Positions 44,001 to 58,194 of a DNA stretch of 64,000 bases are shown piece after piece. Position numbers and translations under genes: made by a program. The DNA comes from Bugula neritina (lineage: Eukaryota > Animalia > Bryozoa): assembly GCA_964035545.1 (NCBI GenBank), contig CAXIUT010000126.1, forward strand, positions 62,001 through 126,000, given 5' to 3'. Numbering within the stretch: the stretch's first letter is position 1; each line of letters begins with the position of its first letter. Below the pieces are notes generated by a model. That model did no database searches, had not been told where the DNA came from, and saw only the letters and a list, made by a program, of their open reading frames with translations.

Positions 44001-47000
44001 TATCTTGCAGTACATTTCAGTATGTTTTATTATGTAGCAGTGTATTTCAGTATGTTGCAATATATTTCAGTATGTTGCAGTATATTTCAGTGTGTTACTG
44101 TTTTTTCCAGTATGTTACAACACATTTCCGTATATTAAACTATATTTCAGCGAGTTACAGTATATTTCAATGTGTTGCAGTGTATTGCAATATGTTACAG
44201 CGTATTTCGGTATGTTGCAGTGTGTTGCAGTGTAATTCAGTATATTACATTGTATTTCAGTGTGTTGCAGTTCATTTCAATATGTAGCAGGGTATTTCAG
44301 TATAGTGCAGTGTATTTCAGTATGCTACAGCATATTTCAGTATGTTGCAGTATATTGCAATGTGTCGCAGTATATTTCAGTATGTTGCAGTACGTTGCAG
44401 TATGTTTCAATATGTTACGGTGTATTTCAGTATGTTGCAGTATTTTTCAATGTGTTAAAGTGTATTTCAGTAGTTTACCATATATTTCGGTATGTTGCAG
44501 TATATTTCAATGTGTTGCAGTGTATTTCAATATGTTACAGCGTATTTCAGTATGGTGCAGTGTATTTCAGTATGCAGCAGGGTATTTCAGTATGTTGCAG
44601 TGCATTTCGGTATGCTACAGCATATTTCAGTATGTTGCAGTATATTGCAATGTGTCGCAGTATATTTCAGTATGTTGCTGTATATTTCAATGTGTTGCAG
44701 TATATTTCAGTATGTAGCAGTGTATTTCAGTATGTTGCAGTATATTTCAGTGAGTTGCAGTAAATTTCAGTGTGCTACAACATATTTCAGTGTGTTACAG
44801 TATATTGCAATGTGTCGCAGTATATTTCAGTATGTTGCAGTATTGTTCAATGTGTTACAGTATATTTCAGTAGTTTACCATACATTTCAGGACGTCGCAG
44901 TATATTTCAATGTGTTGCAGTGTATTTCAATATGTTACAGTGTATTTCAGTATGTTGTAGTATTTTGCGGCGTATTTCAGTATATTGCAGTATCTTGCAG
45001 TATATTTCAGCATGTTGCAGTTATTTTCAATGTGTTACAGTATGTTGCAGTATATTTCAATGTGTTGCAGTGTATTTCAATATGTTCTTGTGTTTTGCAG
45101 TGTATTTCAGTTTGTTACAGTGTATTTCAGTATGTTGCAGTATGTTGCAGTATGTTTCAATATGTTACAGTGTATTTCGGCATGTTGCAGTATATTTCAG
45201 TGAGTTGCAGTGTATTTCAGTGTGCTACAGCATATTTCAGTATGTTACAGTATATTGCAATGTGTCGCAGTATATTTCAGTATGTTGCAATATTTTTCAA
45301 TGTGTTACAGTATATTTCATTAGTTTACCATATATTTCGGTGTGTTGCAGTATATTTCAATGTGTTGCAGTGTATTTCAATATGTTGTAGTATGTTGCAG
45401 TGTATTTCAGTATGTTACAGTGTATTTCAGTATGTTGCAGTATATTTCAGTATGTTACAGTGTATTTCAGTATGTTGCAGTATATTTCAGTGTGTTACAG
45501 TGTATTTCAGTATGTTGTAGTATATTTCAGTGTGTTACAGTATATTTCAGTATGTTGCAGTATTTTTCAATGTGTTGCAGTGTATTTCAATATGTTACAG
45601 CGTATTTCAGTATGTTGCAGTGTATTTCAGTATGTAGCAGGGTATTTCAGTATGTTGCAGTGCATTTCAGTATGCTACAGCATATTTCAGTATGTTGCAG
45701 TATATTACAATGTGTCGCAGTATATTTCAGTATGTTACTGTATATTTCAATGTGTTACAGTATATTTCAGTAGTTTACCATACATTTCGGTACGTTGCAG
45801 TATATTTCAATGTGTTGCAGTGTATTTCAGTATTTTGCAGTATGTTTCAATGTGTTACAGTGTATTTCGGTATATTACCGTATATTTAAGTATGTCGCAG
45901 TATATTTCAGTATGTTGCCGTATGTTTCAGTGTGTTGCAGTATATTTCATTTAGTTGCAGTGTATTTCAATTTGTTCCAGTGTATGTCAGTATAATGCAG
46001 TATGTTGCAGTGTGTTTCAGTATGTTACAGTGTATTTCAGTATGTTGCAGTATCTTGCAGTACATTTCAGTATGTTTTAGTATGTAGCAGTGTATTTCAG
46101 TATGTTGCAGTATATTTCAGTATGTTGCAGTATATTTCAGTGTGTTACTGTTTTTTCCAGTATGTTCCAACACATTTCCGTATATTAAACTATATTTCAG
46201 CGAGTTACAGTATATTTCAATGTGTTGCAGTGTATTGCAATATGTTACAGCGTATTTCGGTATGTTGCAGTGTGTTGCAGTGTAATTCAGTATATTACAT
46301 TGTATTTCAGTGTGTTGCAGTTCATTTCAATATGTAGCAGGGTATTTCAGTATAGTGCAGTGTATTTCAGTATGCCACAGCATATTTCAGTATGTTGCAG
46401 TATATTGCAATGTGTCGCAGTATATTTCAGTATGTTGCTGTATATTTCAATGTGTTACAGTATATTTCAGTAGTTTATCATACATTTCGGTACATTGCAG
46501 TATATTTCAATGTGTTGCAGTGTATTTCAATATGTTACAGTGTATTTCAGTTTGTTGTAGTATTTTGCCGCGTATTTCAGTATGTTGCAGTATCTTGCAG
46601 TGTATTTCAGTATGTTGCAGTATTTTTCAATGTGTTACCGTATATTTCAGTATATTACCATATATTTAGGTATGTTGCAGTATATTTCAATGTGTTGCAG
46701 TGTATTTCAATATGTTCTAGTAATTTGTGGTGTATTTCAGTATGTTACAGTGTATTTCAGTATGTTGCAGTATGTTTCAATATGTTACAGTGTATTTCAG
46801 TATTTTGCAGTATATTTCAGTGAGTTGCAGTGTATTTCAGTGTGCTACAGCATATTTCAGTATGTTGCAGTATATTGCAATGTGTCGCAGTATGTTGTAG
46901 TATTTTTCAATGTGTTACAGTATATTTCAGTAGTTTACCATATATTTCGGTATGTTGCAGTATATTTCAATGTGTTGCAGTGTATATCAATATGTTACAG

Positions 47001-50000
47001 TGTATTTGAGCATGTTGTAGTATTTTGCAGTGTATTTCAGTATGTTACAGTGTATTTCAGTATGTTGCAGTATGTTTCAATATGTTACAGTGTATTTCAG
47101 TATTTTGCAGTATATTTCAGTGAGTTGCAGTGTATTTCAGTGTGCTACAGCATATTTCAGTATGTTACAGTATATTGCAATGTGTCGCAGTGTATTTCAG
47201 TATGTTGCAATATATTTCAGTATGTTGCAGTATATTTCAGTGTGTTACTGTTTTTTCCAGTATGTTACAACACATTTCCGTATATTAAACTATATTTCAG
47301 CGAGTTACAGTATATTTCAATGTGTTGCAGTGTATTGCAATATGTTACAGCGTATTTCGGTATGTTGCAGTGTGTTGCAGTGTAATTCAGTATATTACAT
47401 TGTATTTCAGTGTGTTGCAGTTCATTTCAATATGTAGCAGGGTATTTCAGTATAGTGCAGTGTATTTCAGTATGCTACAGCATATTTCAGTATGTTGCAG
47501 TATATTGCAATGTGTCGCAGTATATTTCAGTATGTTGCAGTACGTTGCAGTATGTTTCAATATGTTACGGTGTATTTCAGTATGTTGCAGTATTTTTCAA
47601 TGTGTTAAAGTGTATTTCAGTAGTTTACCATATATTTCGGTATGTTGCAGTATATTTCAATGTGTTGCAGTGTATTTCAATATGTTACAGCGTATTTCAG
47701 TATGGTGCAGTGTATTTCAGTATGCAGCAGGGTATTTCAGTATGTTGCAGTGCATTTCGGTATGCTACAGCATATTTCAGTATGTTGCAGTATATTGCAA
47801 TGTGTCGCAGTATATTTCAATATGTTGCTGTATATTTCAATGTGTTGCAGTATATTTCAGTATGTAGCAGTGTATTTCAGTATGTTGCAGTATATTTCAG
47901 TGAGTTGCAGTAAATTTCAGTGTGCTACAACATATTTCAGTGTGTTACAGTATATTGCAATGTGTCGCAGTATATTTCAGTATGTTGCAGTATTGTTCAA
48001 TGTGTTACAGTATATTTCGGTAGTTTACCATACATTTCAGGACGTCGCAGTATATTTCAATGTGTTGCAGTGTATTTCAATATGTTACAGTGTATTTCAG
48101 TATGTTGTAGTATTTTGCGGCGTATTTCAGTATGTTGCAGTATCTTGCAGTATATTTCAGCATGTTGCAGTTATTTTCAATGTGTTACAGTATGTTGCAG
48201 TATATTTCAATGTGTTGCAGTGTATTTCAATATGTTCTTGTGTTTTGCAGTGTATTTCAGTTTGTTACAGTGTATTTCAGTATGTTGCAGTATGTTGCAG
48301 TATGTTTCAATATGTTACAGTGTATTTCAGCATGTTGCAGAATTTTTCAATGTGTTGCAGTGTATTTCAATATGTTACAGCGTATTTCAGTATGTTGCAG
48401 TGTATTTCAGTATGTAGCAGGGTATTTCAGTATGTTGCAGTGCATTTCAGTATGCTACAGCATATTTCAGTATGTTGCAGTATATTACAATGTGTCGCAG
48501 TATATTTCAGTATGTTGCTGTATATTTCAATGTGTTACAGTATATTTCAGTAGTTTACCATACATTTCGGTACGTTGCAGTATATTTCAATGTGTTGCAG
48601 TGTATTTCAATATGTTACAGTGTATTTCAGTATGTTGTAGTATTTTGCCGCGTATTTCAGTATGTTGCAGTATCTTGCAGTGTATTTCAGTATGTTGCAG
48701 TATTTTTCAATGTGTTACCGTATATTTCAGTATATTACCATATATTTAGGTATGTTGCAGTATATTTCAATGTGTTGCAGTGTATTTCAATATGTTCTAG
48801 TAATTTGTGGTGTATTTCAGTATGTTACAGTGTATTTCAGTATGTTGCAATATGTTTCAATATGTTACAGTGTATTTCAGTATTTTGCAGTATATTTCAT
48901 TGAGTTGCAGTGTATTTCAGTGTGCTACAGCATATTTCAGTATGTTGCAAAATATTGCAATGTGTCGCAGTATGTTGCAGTATTTTTCAATGTGTTACAG
49001 TATATTTCAGTAGTTTACCATATATTTCGGTATGTTGCAGTATATTTCAATGTGTTGCAGTGTATATCAATATGTTACAGTGTATTTGAGCATGTTGTAG
49101 TATTTTGCAGTGTATTTCAGTATGTTACAGTGTATTTCAGTATGTTGCAGTATGTTTCAATATGTTACAGTGTATTTCAGTGTTTTGCAGTATATTTCAG
49201 TGAGTTGCAGTGTATTTCAGTGTGCTACAGTATATTTCAGTATGTTACAGTATATTGCAATGTGTCGCAGTGTATTTCAGTATGTTGCAGTATTTTTCAA
49301 GGTGTTACAGTATATTTCAGTAGTTTACCATATATTTCGGTATGTTGCAGTATATTTCAATGTGTTGCAGTGTATATCAATATGTTACAGTGTATTTGAG
49401 CATGTTGTAGTATTTTGCAGTGTATTTCAGTGTGTTGCAGTGTATTTCAGTATTTTGCAGTATTTTTCAATGTGTTACAGTGTATTTCGGTATATTACCG
49501 TATATTTAGGTATGTCGCAGTATATTTCAGTATGTTGCCGTATGTTTCAGTGTGTTGCAGTATATTTCATTTAGTTGCAGTGTATTTCAATTTGTTCCAG
49601 TGTATGTCAGTATAATGCAGTATGTTGCAGTGTGTTTCAGTATGTTACACTGTATTTCAGTATGTTGCAGTATCTTGCAGTACATTTCAGTATGTTTTAG
49701 TATGTAGCAGTGTATTTCAGTATGTTGCAGTATATTTCAGTATGTTGCAGTATATTTCAGTGTGTTACTGTTTTTTCCAGTATGTTACAACACATTTCCG
49801 TATATTAAACTATATTTCAGCGAGTTACAGTATATTTCAATGTGTTGCAGTGTATTGCAATATGTTACAGCGTATTTCGGTATGTTGCAGTGTGTTGCAG
49901 TGTAATTCAGTATATTACATTGTATTTCAGTGTGTTGCAGTTCATTTCAATATGTAGCAGGGTATTTCAGTATAGTGCAGTGTATTTCAGTATGCTACAG

Positions 50001-53000
50001 CATATTTCAGTATGTTGCAGTATATTGCAATGTGTCGCAGTATATTTCAGTATGTTGCAGTACGTTGCAGTATGTTTCAATATGTTACGGTGTATTTCAG
50101 TATGTTGCAGTATATTTCGGTGAGTTGCAGTGTATTTCAGTGTGCTACAGCATATTTCAGTATGTTACAGTATATTGCAATCTGTCGCAGTATATTTCAG
50201 TTTGTTGCAGTGTTTTTCAATGTGTTACAGTATATTTCATTAGTTTACCATATATTTCGGTATGTTGCAGTATATTTCAATATGTTACAGTGTATTTCAG
50301 CATGTTGTAGTTTTTTGCAGAATATTTCAGTGTGTTGCAGTGTACTTCAGTATTTTGCAGTATTTTTCAATGTGTTACAGTATATTTCGGTATATTACCG
50401 TATATTTAGGTATGTTTCAGTATATTTCAATCTGTTGCAGTGTATTTCAATATGTTGTAGTATGTTGCAGTGTATTTCAGTATGTTACAGTGTATTTCAG
50501 TATGTTGCAGTATATTTCAGTATGTTACAGTGTATTTCAGTATGTTGCAGTATATTTCAGTGTGTTACAGTGTATTTCAGTATGTTGTAGTATATTTCAG
50601 TGTGTTACAGTATATTTCAGTATGTTGCAGTATTTCTCAATGTGTTAAAGTGTATTTCAGTAGTTTACCATATATTTCGGTATGTTGCAGTATATTTCAG
50701 TGTGTTGCAGTGTATTTCAATATGTTACAGCGTATTTCAGTATGTTGCAGTGTGTTTCAGTATGTAGCAGGGTATTTCAGTATGTTGCAGTGCATTTCAG
50801 TATGCTACAGCATATTTCAGTATGTTGCAGTATATTGCAATGTGTCGCAGTATATTTCAGTATGTTGCTGTATATTTCAATGTGTTACAGTATATTTCAG
50901 TAGTTTACCATACACTTCGGTACGTTGCAGTATATTTCAATGTGTTGCAGTGTATTTCAATATGTTACAGTGTATTTCTGTATGTTGTAGTATTTTGCCG
51001 CGTATTTCAGTATGTTGCAGTATCTTGCAGTGTATTTCAGTATGTTGCAGTATTTTTCAATGTGTTACCGTATATTTCAGTATATTACCATATATTTAGG
51101 TATGTTGCAGTATATTTCAATGTGTTGCAGTGTATTTCAATATGTTCTAGTAATTTGCAGTGTATTTCAGTATGTTACAGTGTATTTCAGTATGTTGCAG
51201 TATGTTTCAATATGTTACAGTGTATTTCAGTATTTTGCAGTATATTTCAGTGAGTTGCAGTGTATTTCAGTGTGCTACAGCATATTTCAGTATGTTACAG
51301 TATATTGCAATGTGTCGCAGTGTATTTCAGTATGTTGCAGTATTTTTCAAGGTGTTACAGTATATTTCAGTAGTTTACCATATATTTCGGTATGTTGCAG
51401 TATATTTCAATGTGTTGCAGTGTATATCAATATGTTACAGTGTATTTGAGCATGTTGTAGTATTTTGCAGTGTATTTCAGTGTGTTGCAGTGTATTTCAG
51501 TATTTTGCAGTATTTTTCAATGTGTTACAGTGTATTTCGGTATATTACCGTATATTTAAGTATGTCGCAGTATATTTCAGTATGTTGCCGTATGTTTCAG
51601 TGTGTTGCAGTATATTTCATTTAGTTGCAGTGTATTTCAATTTGTTCCAGTGTATGTCAGTATAATGCAGTATGTTGCAGTGTGTTTCAGTATGTTACAG
51701 TGTATTTCAGTATGTTGCAGTATCTTGCAGTACATTTCAGTATGTTTTAGTATGTAGCAGTGTATTTCAGTATGTTGCAGTATATTTCAGTATGTTGCAG
51801 TATATTTCAGTGTGTTACTGTTTTTTCCAGTATGTTACAACACATTTCCGTATATTAAACTATATTTCAGCGAGTTACAGTATATTTCAATGTGTTGCAG
51901 TGTATTGCAATATGTTACAGCGTATTTCGGTATGTTGCAGTGTGTTGCAGTGTAATTCAGTATATTACATTGTATTTCAGTGTGTTGCAGTTCATTTCAA
52001 TATGTAGCAGGGTATTTCAGTATAGTGCAGTGTATTTCAGTATGCCACAGCATATTTCAGTATGTTGCAGTATATTGCAATGTGTCGCAGTATATTTCAG
52101 TATGTTGCTGTATATTTCAATGTGTTGCAGTGTATATCAATATGTTACAGTGTATTTGAGCATGTTGTAGTATTTTGCGGCGTATTTCAGTATGTTGCAG
52201 TATCTTGCAGTATATTTCAGCATGTTGCAGTTATTTTCAATGTGTTACAGTATGTTTCAGTATATTACCGTATATTTAGGTATGTTGCAGTATATTTCAA
52301 TGTGTTGCAGTGTATTTCAATATGTTCTAGTGTTTTGCAGTGTATTTCAGTTTGTTACAGTGTATTTCAGTATGTTGCAGTATGTTGCAGTATGTTTCCA
52401 TATGTTACAGTGTATTTCAGCATGTTGCAGTATATTTCAGTGAGTTGCAGTGTATTTCAGTGTGCTACAGCATATTTCAGTATGTTACAGTATATTGCAA
52501 TGTGTCGCAGTATATTTCAGTATGTTGCAGTATTTTTCAATGTGTTACAGTATATTTCATTAGTTTACCATATATTTCGGTGTGTTGCAGTATATTTCAA
52601 TGTGTTGCAGTGTATTTCAATATGTTACAGTGTATTTCAGCATGTTGTAGTTTTTTGCAGAATATTTCAGTGTGTTGCAGTGTACTTTAGTATTTTGCAG
52701 TATTTTTCAATGTGTTACAGTATATTTCGGTATATTACCGTATATTTAGGTATGTTTCAGTATATTTCAATCTGTTGCAGTGTATTTCAATATGTTGTAG
52801 TATGTTGCAGTGTATTTCAGTATGTTACAGTGTATTTCAGTATGTTGCAGTATATTTCAGTATGTTACAGTGTATTTCAGTATGTTGCAGTATATTTCAG
52901 TGTGTTACAGTGTATTTCAGTATGTTGTAGTATATTTCAGTGTGTTACAGTATATTTCAGTATGTTGCAGTATTTTTCAATGTGTTGCAGTGTATTTCAA

Positions 53001-56000
53001 TATGTTACAGCGTATTTCAGTATGTTGCAGTGTATTTCAGTATGTAGCAGGGTATTTCAGTATGTTGCAGTGCATTTCAGTATGCTACAGCATATTTCAG
53101 TATGTTGCAGTATATTGCAATGTGTCGCAGTATATTTCAGTATGTTGCTGTATATTTCAATGTGTTACAGTATATTTCAGTAGTTTATCATACATTTCGG
53201 TACGTTGCAGTATATTTCAATGTGTTGCAGTGTATTTCAATATGTTACAGTGTATTTCAGTATGTTGTAGTATTTTGCCGCGTATTTCAGTATGTTGCAG
53301 TATCTTGCAGTGTATTTCAGTATGTTGCAGTATTTTTCAATGTGTTACCGTATATTTCAGTATATTACCATATATTTAGGTATGTTGCAGTATATTTCAA
53401 TGTGTTGCAGTGTATTTCAATATGTTCTAGTAATTTGTGGTGTATTTCAGTATGTTACAGTGTATTTCAGTATGTTGCAGTATGTTTCAATATGTTACAG
53501 TGTATTTCAGTATTTTGCAGTATATTTCAGTGAGTTGCAGTGTATTTCAGTGTGCTACAGCATATTTCAGTATGTTGCAGTATATTGCAATGTGTCGCAG
53601 TATGTTGCAGTATTTTTCAATGTGTTACAGTATATTTCAGTAGTTTACCATATATTTCGGTATGTTGCAGTATATTTCAATGTGTTGCAGTGTATATCAA
53701 TATGTTACAGTGTATTTGAGCATGTTGTAGTATTTTGCAGTGTATTTCAGTATGTTACAGTGTATTTCAGTATGTTGCAGTATGTTTCAATATGTTACAG
53801 TGTATTTCAGTATTTTGCAGTATATTTCAGTGAGTTGCAGTGTATTTCAGTGTGCTACAGCATATTTCAGTATGTTACAGTATATTGCAATGTGTCGCAG
53901 TGTATTTCAGTATGTTGCAGTATTTTTCAAGGTGTTACAGTATATTTCAGTAGTTTACCATATATTTCGGTATGTTGCAGTATATTTCAATGTGTTGCAG
54001 TGTATATCAATATGTTACAGTGTATTTGAGCATGTTGTAGTATTTTGCAGTGTATTTCAGTGTGTTGCAGTGTATTTCAGTATTTTGCAGTATTTTTTAA
54101 ATGTGTTACAGTGTATTTCGGTATATTACCGTATATTTAGGTATGTCGCAGTATATTTCAGTATGTTGCCGTATGTTTCAGTGTGTTGCAGTATATTTCA
54201 TTTAGTTGCAGTGTATTTCAATTTGTTCCAGTGTATGTCAGTATAATGCAGTATGTTGCAGTGTGTTTCAGTATGTTACAGTGTATTTCAGTATGTTGCA
54301 GTATCTTGCAGTACATTTCAGTATGTTTTATTATGTAGCAGTGTATTTCAGTATGTTGCAATATATTTCAGTATGTTGCAGTATATTTCAGTGTGTTACT
54401 GTTTTTTCCAGTATGTTACAACACATTTCCGTATATTAAACTATATTTCAGCGAGTTACAGTATATTTCAATGTGTTGCAGTGTATTGCAATATGTTACA
54501 GCGTATTTCGGTATGTTGCAGTGTGTTGCAGTGTAATTCAGTATATTACATTGTATTTCAGTGTGTTGCAGTTCATTTCAATATGTAGCAGGGTATTTCA
54601 GTATAGTGCAGTGTATTTCAGTATGCTACAGCATATTTCAGTATGTTGCAGTATATTGCAATGTGTCGCAGTATATTTCAGTATGTTGCAGTACGTTGCA
54701 GTATGTTTCAATATGTTACGGTGTATTTCAGTATGTTGCAGTATTTTTCAATGTGTTAAAGTGTATTTCAGTAGTTTACCATATATTTCGGTATGTTGCA
54801 GTATATTTCAATGTGTTGCAGTGTATTTCAATATGTTACAGCGTATTTCAGTATGGTGCAGTGTATTTCAGTATGCAGCAGGGTATTTCAGTATGTTGCA
54901 GTGCATTTCGGTATGCTACAGCATATTTCAGTATGTTGCAGTATATTGCAATGTGTCGCAGTATATTTCAGTATGTTGCTGTATATTTCAATGTGTTGCA
55001 GTATATTTCAGTATGTAGCAGTGTATTTCAGTATGTTGCAGTATATTTCAGTGAGTTGCAGTAAATTTCAGTGTGCTACAACATATTTCAGTGTGTTACA
55101 GTATATTGCAATGTGTCGCAGTATATTTCAGTATGTTGCAGTATTGTTCAATGTGTTACAGTATATTTCAGTAGTTTACCATACATTTCAGGACGTCGCA
55201 GTATATTTCAATGTGTTGCAGTGTATTTCAATATGTTACAGTGTATTTCAGTATGTTGTAGTATTTTGCGGCGTATTTCAGTATGTTGCAGTATCTTGCA
55301 GCATATTTCAGCATGTTGCAGTTATTTTCAATATGTTACAGTATGTTGCAGTATATTTCAATGTGTTGCAGTGTATTTCAATATGTTCTTGTGTTTTGCA
55401 GTGTATTTCAGTTTGTTACAGTGTATTTCAGTATGTTGCAGTATGTTGCAGTATGTTTCAATATGTTTCAGTGTATTTCAGCATGTTGCAGTATATTTCA
55501 GTGAGTTGCAGTGTATTTCAGTGTGCTACAGCATATTTCAGTATGTTACAGTATATTGCAATGTGTCGCAGTATATTTCAGTATGTTGCAATATTTTTCA
55601 ATGTGTTACAGTATATTTCATTAGTTTACCATATATTTCGGTGTGTTGCAGTATATTTCAATGTGTTGCAGTGTATTTCAATATGTTGTAGTATGTTGCA
55701 GTGTATTTCAGTATGTTACAGTGTATTTCAGTATGTTGCAGTATATTTCAGTATGTTACAGTGTATTTCAGTATGTTGCAGTATATTTCAGTGTGTTACA
55801 GTGTATTTCAGTATGTTGTAGTATATTTCAGTGTGTTACAGTATATTTCAGTATGTTGCAGTATTTTTCAATGTGTTGCAGTGTATTTCAATATGTTACA
55901 GCGTATTTCAGTATGTTGCAGTGTATTTCAGTATGTAGCAGGGTATTTCAGTATGTTGCAGTGCATTTCAGTATGCTACAGCATATTTCAGTATGTTGCA

Positions 56001-56756
56001 GTATATTACAATGTGTCGCAGTATATTTCAGTATGTTACTGTATATTTCAATGTGTTACAGTATATTTCAGTAGTTTACCATACATTTCGGTACGTTGCA
56101 GTATATTTCAATGTGTTGCAGTGTATTTCAGTATTTTGCAGTATTTTTCAATGTGTTACAGTGTATTTCGGTATATTACCGTATATTTAAGTATGTCGCA
56201 GTATATTTCAGTATGTTGCCGTATGTTTCAGTGTGTTGCAGTATATTTCATTTAGTTGCAGTGTATTTCAATTTGTTCCAGTGTATGTCAGTATAATGCA
56301 GTATGTTGCAGTGTGTTTCAGTATGTTACAGTGTATTTCAGTATGTTGCAGTATCTTGCAGTACATTTCAGTATGTTTTAGTATGTAGCAGTGTATTTCA
56401 GTATGTTGCAGTATATTTCAGTATGTTGCAGTATATTTCAGTGTGTTACTGTTTTTTCCAGTATGTTACAACACATTTCCGTATATTAAACTATATTTCA
56501 GCGAGTTACAGTATATTTCAATGTGTTGCAGTGTATTGCAATATGTTACAGCGTATTTCGGTATGTTGCAGTGTGTTGCAGTGTAATTCAGTATATTACA
56601 TTGTATTTCAGTGTGTTGCAGTTCATTTCAATATGTAGCAGGGTATTTCAGTATAGTGCAGTGTATTTCAGTATGCCACAGCATATTTCAGTATGTTGCA
56701 GTATATTGCAATGTGTCGCAGTATATTTCAGTATGTTGCTGTATATTTCAATGTGT
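38062..56756 (+). repeat. Duplicated block of about 8.4 kb (38062-46456 and 48342-56756), offset 10280 then 10301
   Basis: ORF and marker offsets are 10280 for 38192/48472 and 41392/51672, and 10301 for 43952/54253 and 46002/56303. The 21-bp change maps to a deletion at about 42345-42355. Confidence 0.88.
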
Positions 56757-58166
56757 TGCAGTGTATATCAATATGTTACAGTGTATTTGAGCATGTTGTA
56801 GTATTTTGCGGCGTATTTCAGTATGTTGCAGTATCTTGCAGTATATTTCAGCATGTTGCAGTTATTTTCAATGTGTTACAGTATGTTTCAGTATATTACC
56901 GTATATTTAGGTATGTTGCAATATATTTCAATGTGTTGCAGTGTATTTCAATATGTTCTAGTGTTTTGCAGTGTATTTCAGTTTGTTACAGTGTATTTCA
57001 GTATGTTGCAGTATGTTGCAGTATGTTTCCATATGTTACAGTGTATTTCAGCATGTTGCAGTATATTTCAGTGAGTTGCAGTGTATTTCAGTGTGCTACA
57101 GCATATTTCAGTATGTTACAGTATATTGCAATGTGTCGCAGTATATTTCAGTATGTTGCAGTATTTTTCAATGTGTTACAGTATATTTCATTAGTTTACC
57201 ATATATTTCGGTGTGTTGCAGTATATTTCAATGTGTTGCAGTGTATTTCAATATGTTACAGTGTATTTCAGCATGTTGTAGTTTTTTGCAGAATATTTCA
57301 GTGTGTTGCAGTGTACTTTAGTATTTTGCAGTATTTTTCAATGTGTTACAGTATATTTCGGTACATTACCGTATATTTAAGTATGTCGCAGTATATTTCA
57401 GTATGTTGCCGTATGTTTCAGTGTGTTGCAGTATATTTCATTTAGTTGCAGTGTATTTCAATTTGTTCCAGTGTATGTCAGTATAATGCAGTATGTTGCA
57501 GTGTGTTTCAGTATGTTACAGTGTATTTCAGTATGTTGCAGTATCTTGCAGTACATTTCAGTATGTTTTAGTATGTAGCAGTGTATTTCAGTATGTTGCA
57601 GTATATTTCAGTATGTTGCAGTATATTTCAGTGTGTTACTGTTTTTTCCAGTATGTTACAACACATTTCCGTATATTAAACTATATTTCAGCGAGTTACA
57701 GTATATTTCAATGTGTTGCAGTGTATTGCAATATGTTACAGCGTATTTCGGTATGTTGCAGTGTGTTGCAGTGTAATTCAGTATATTACATTGTATTTCA
57801 GTGTGTTGCAGTTCATTTCAATATGTAGCAGGGTATTTCAGTATAGTGCAGTGTATTTCAGTATGCCACAGCATATTTCAGTATGTTGCAGTATATTGCA
57901 ATGTGTCGCAGTATATTTCAGTATGTTGCTGTATATTTCAATGTGTTGCAGTGTATATCAATATGTTACAGTGTATTTGAGCATGTTGTAGTATTTTGCG
58001 GCGTATTTCAGTATGTTGCAGTATCTTGCAGTATATTTCAGCATGTTGCAGTTATTTTCAATGTGTTACAGTATGTTTCAGTATGTATTTCAATATGTTC
58101 TAGTGTTTTGCAGTGTATTTCAGTTTGTTACAGTGTATTTCAATATGTTGCAGTATGTTGCAGTAT

Positions 58167-58194
58167 GTTTGTTTGTTTGTTTGTTTGGTTTATT
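58167..58194 (-). repeat. (AAAC)5 microsatellite tail preceded by an AATAAA signal (3' terminus of the insertion)
   Basis: On the + strand: (GTTT)5 at 58167-58186, GG, then TTTATT at 58189-58194. Confidence 0.9.

Larger units (their letters stand above)
1..58170 (+). repeat. Satellite DNA array, 10-bp monomer TRTTDCAGTR arranged mostly as a 20-bp dimer (TATTTCAGTA + TGTTGCAGTR/TGTTACAGTR); truncated by the window start
   Basis: Seen directly: every 10-nt block from 1 to 33230 is one monomer in exact register, and the pattern continues with small register shifts. About 5800 head-to-tail monomers, T-rich on the + strand, no inversion seen. Confidence 0.99.
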
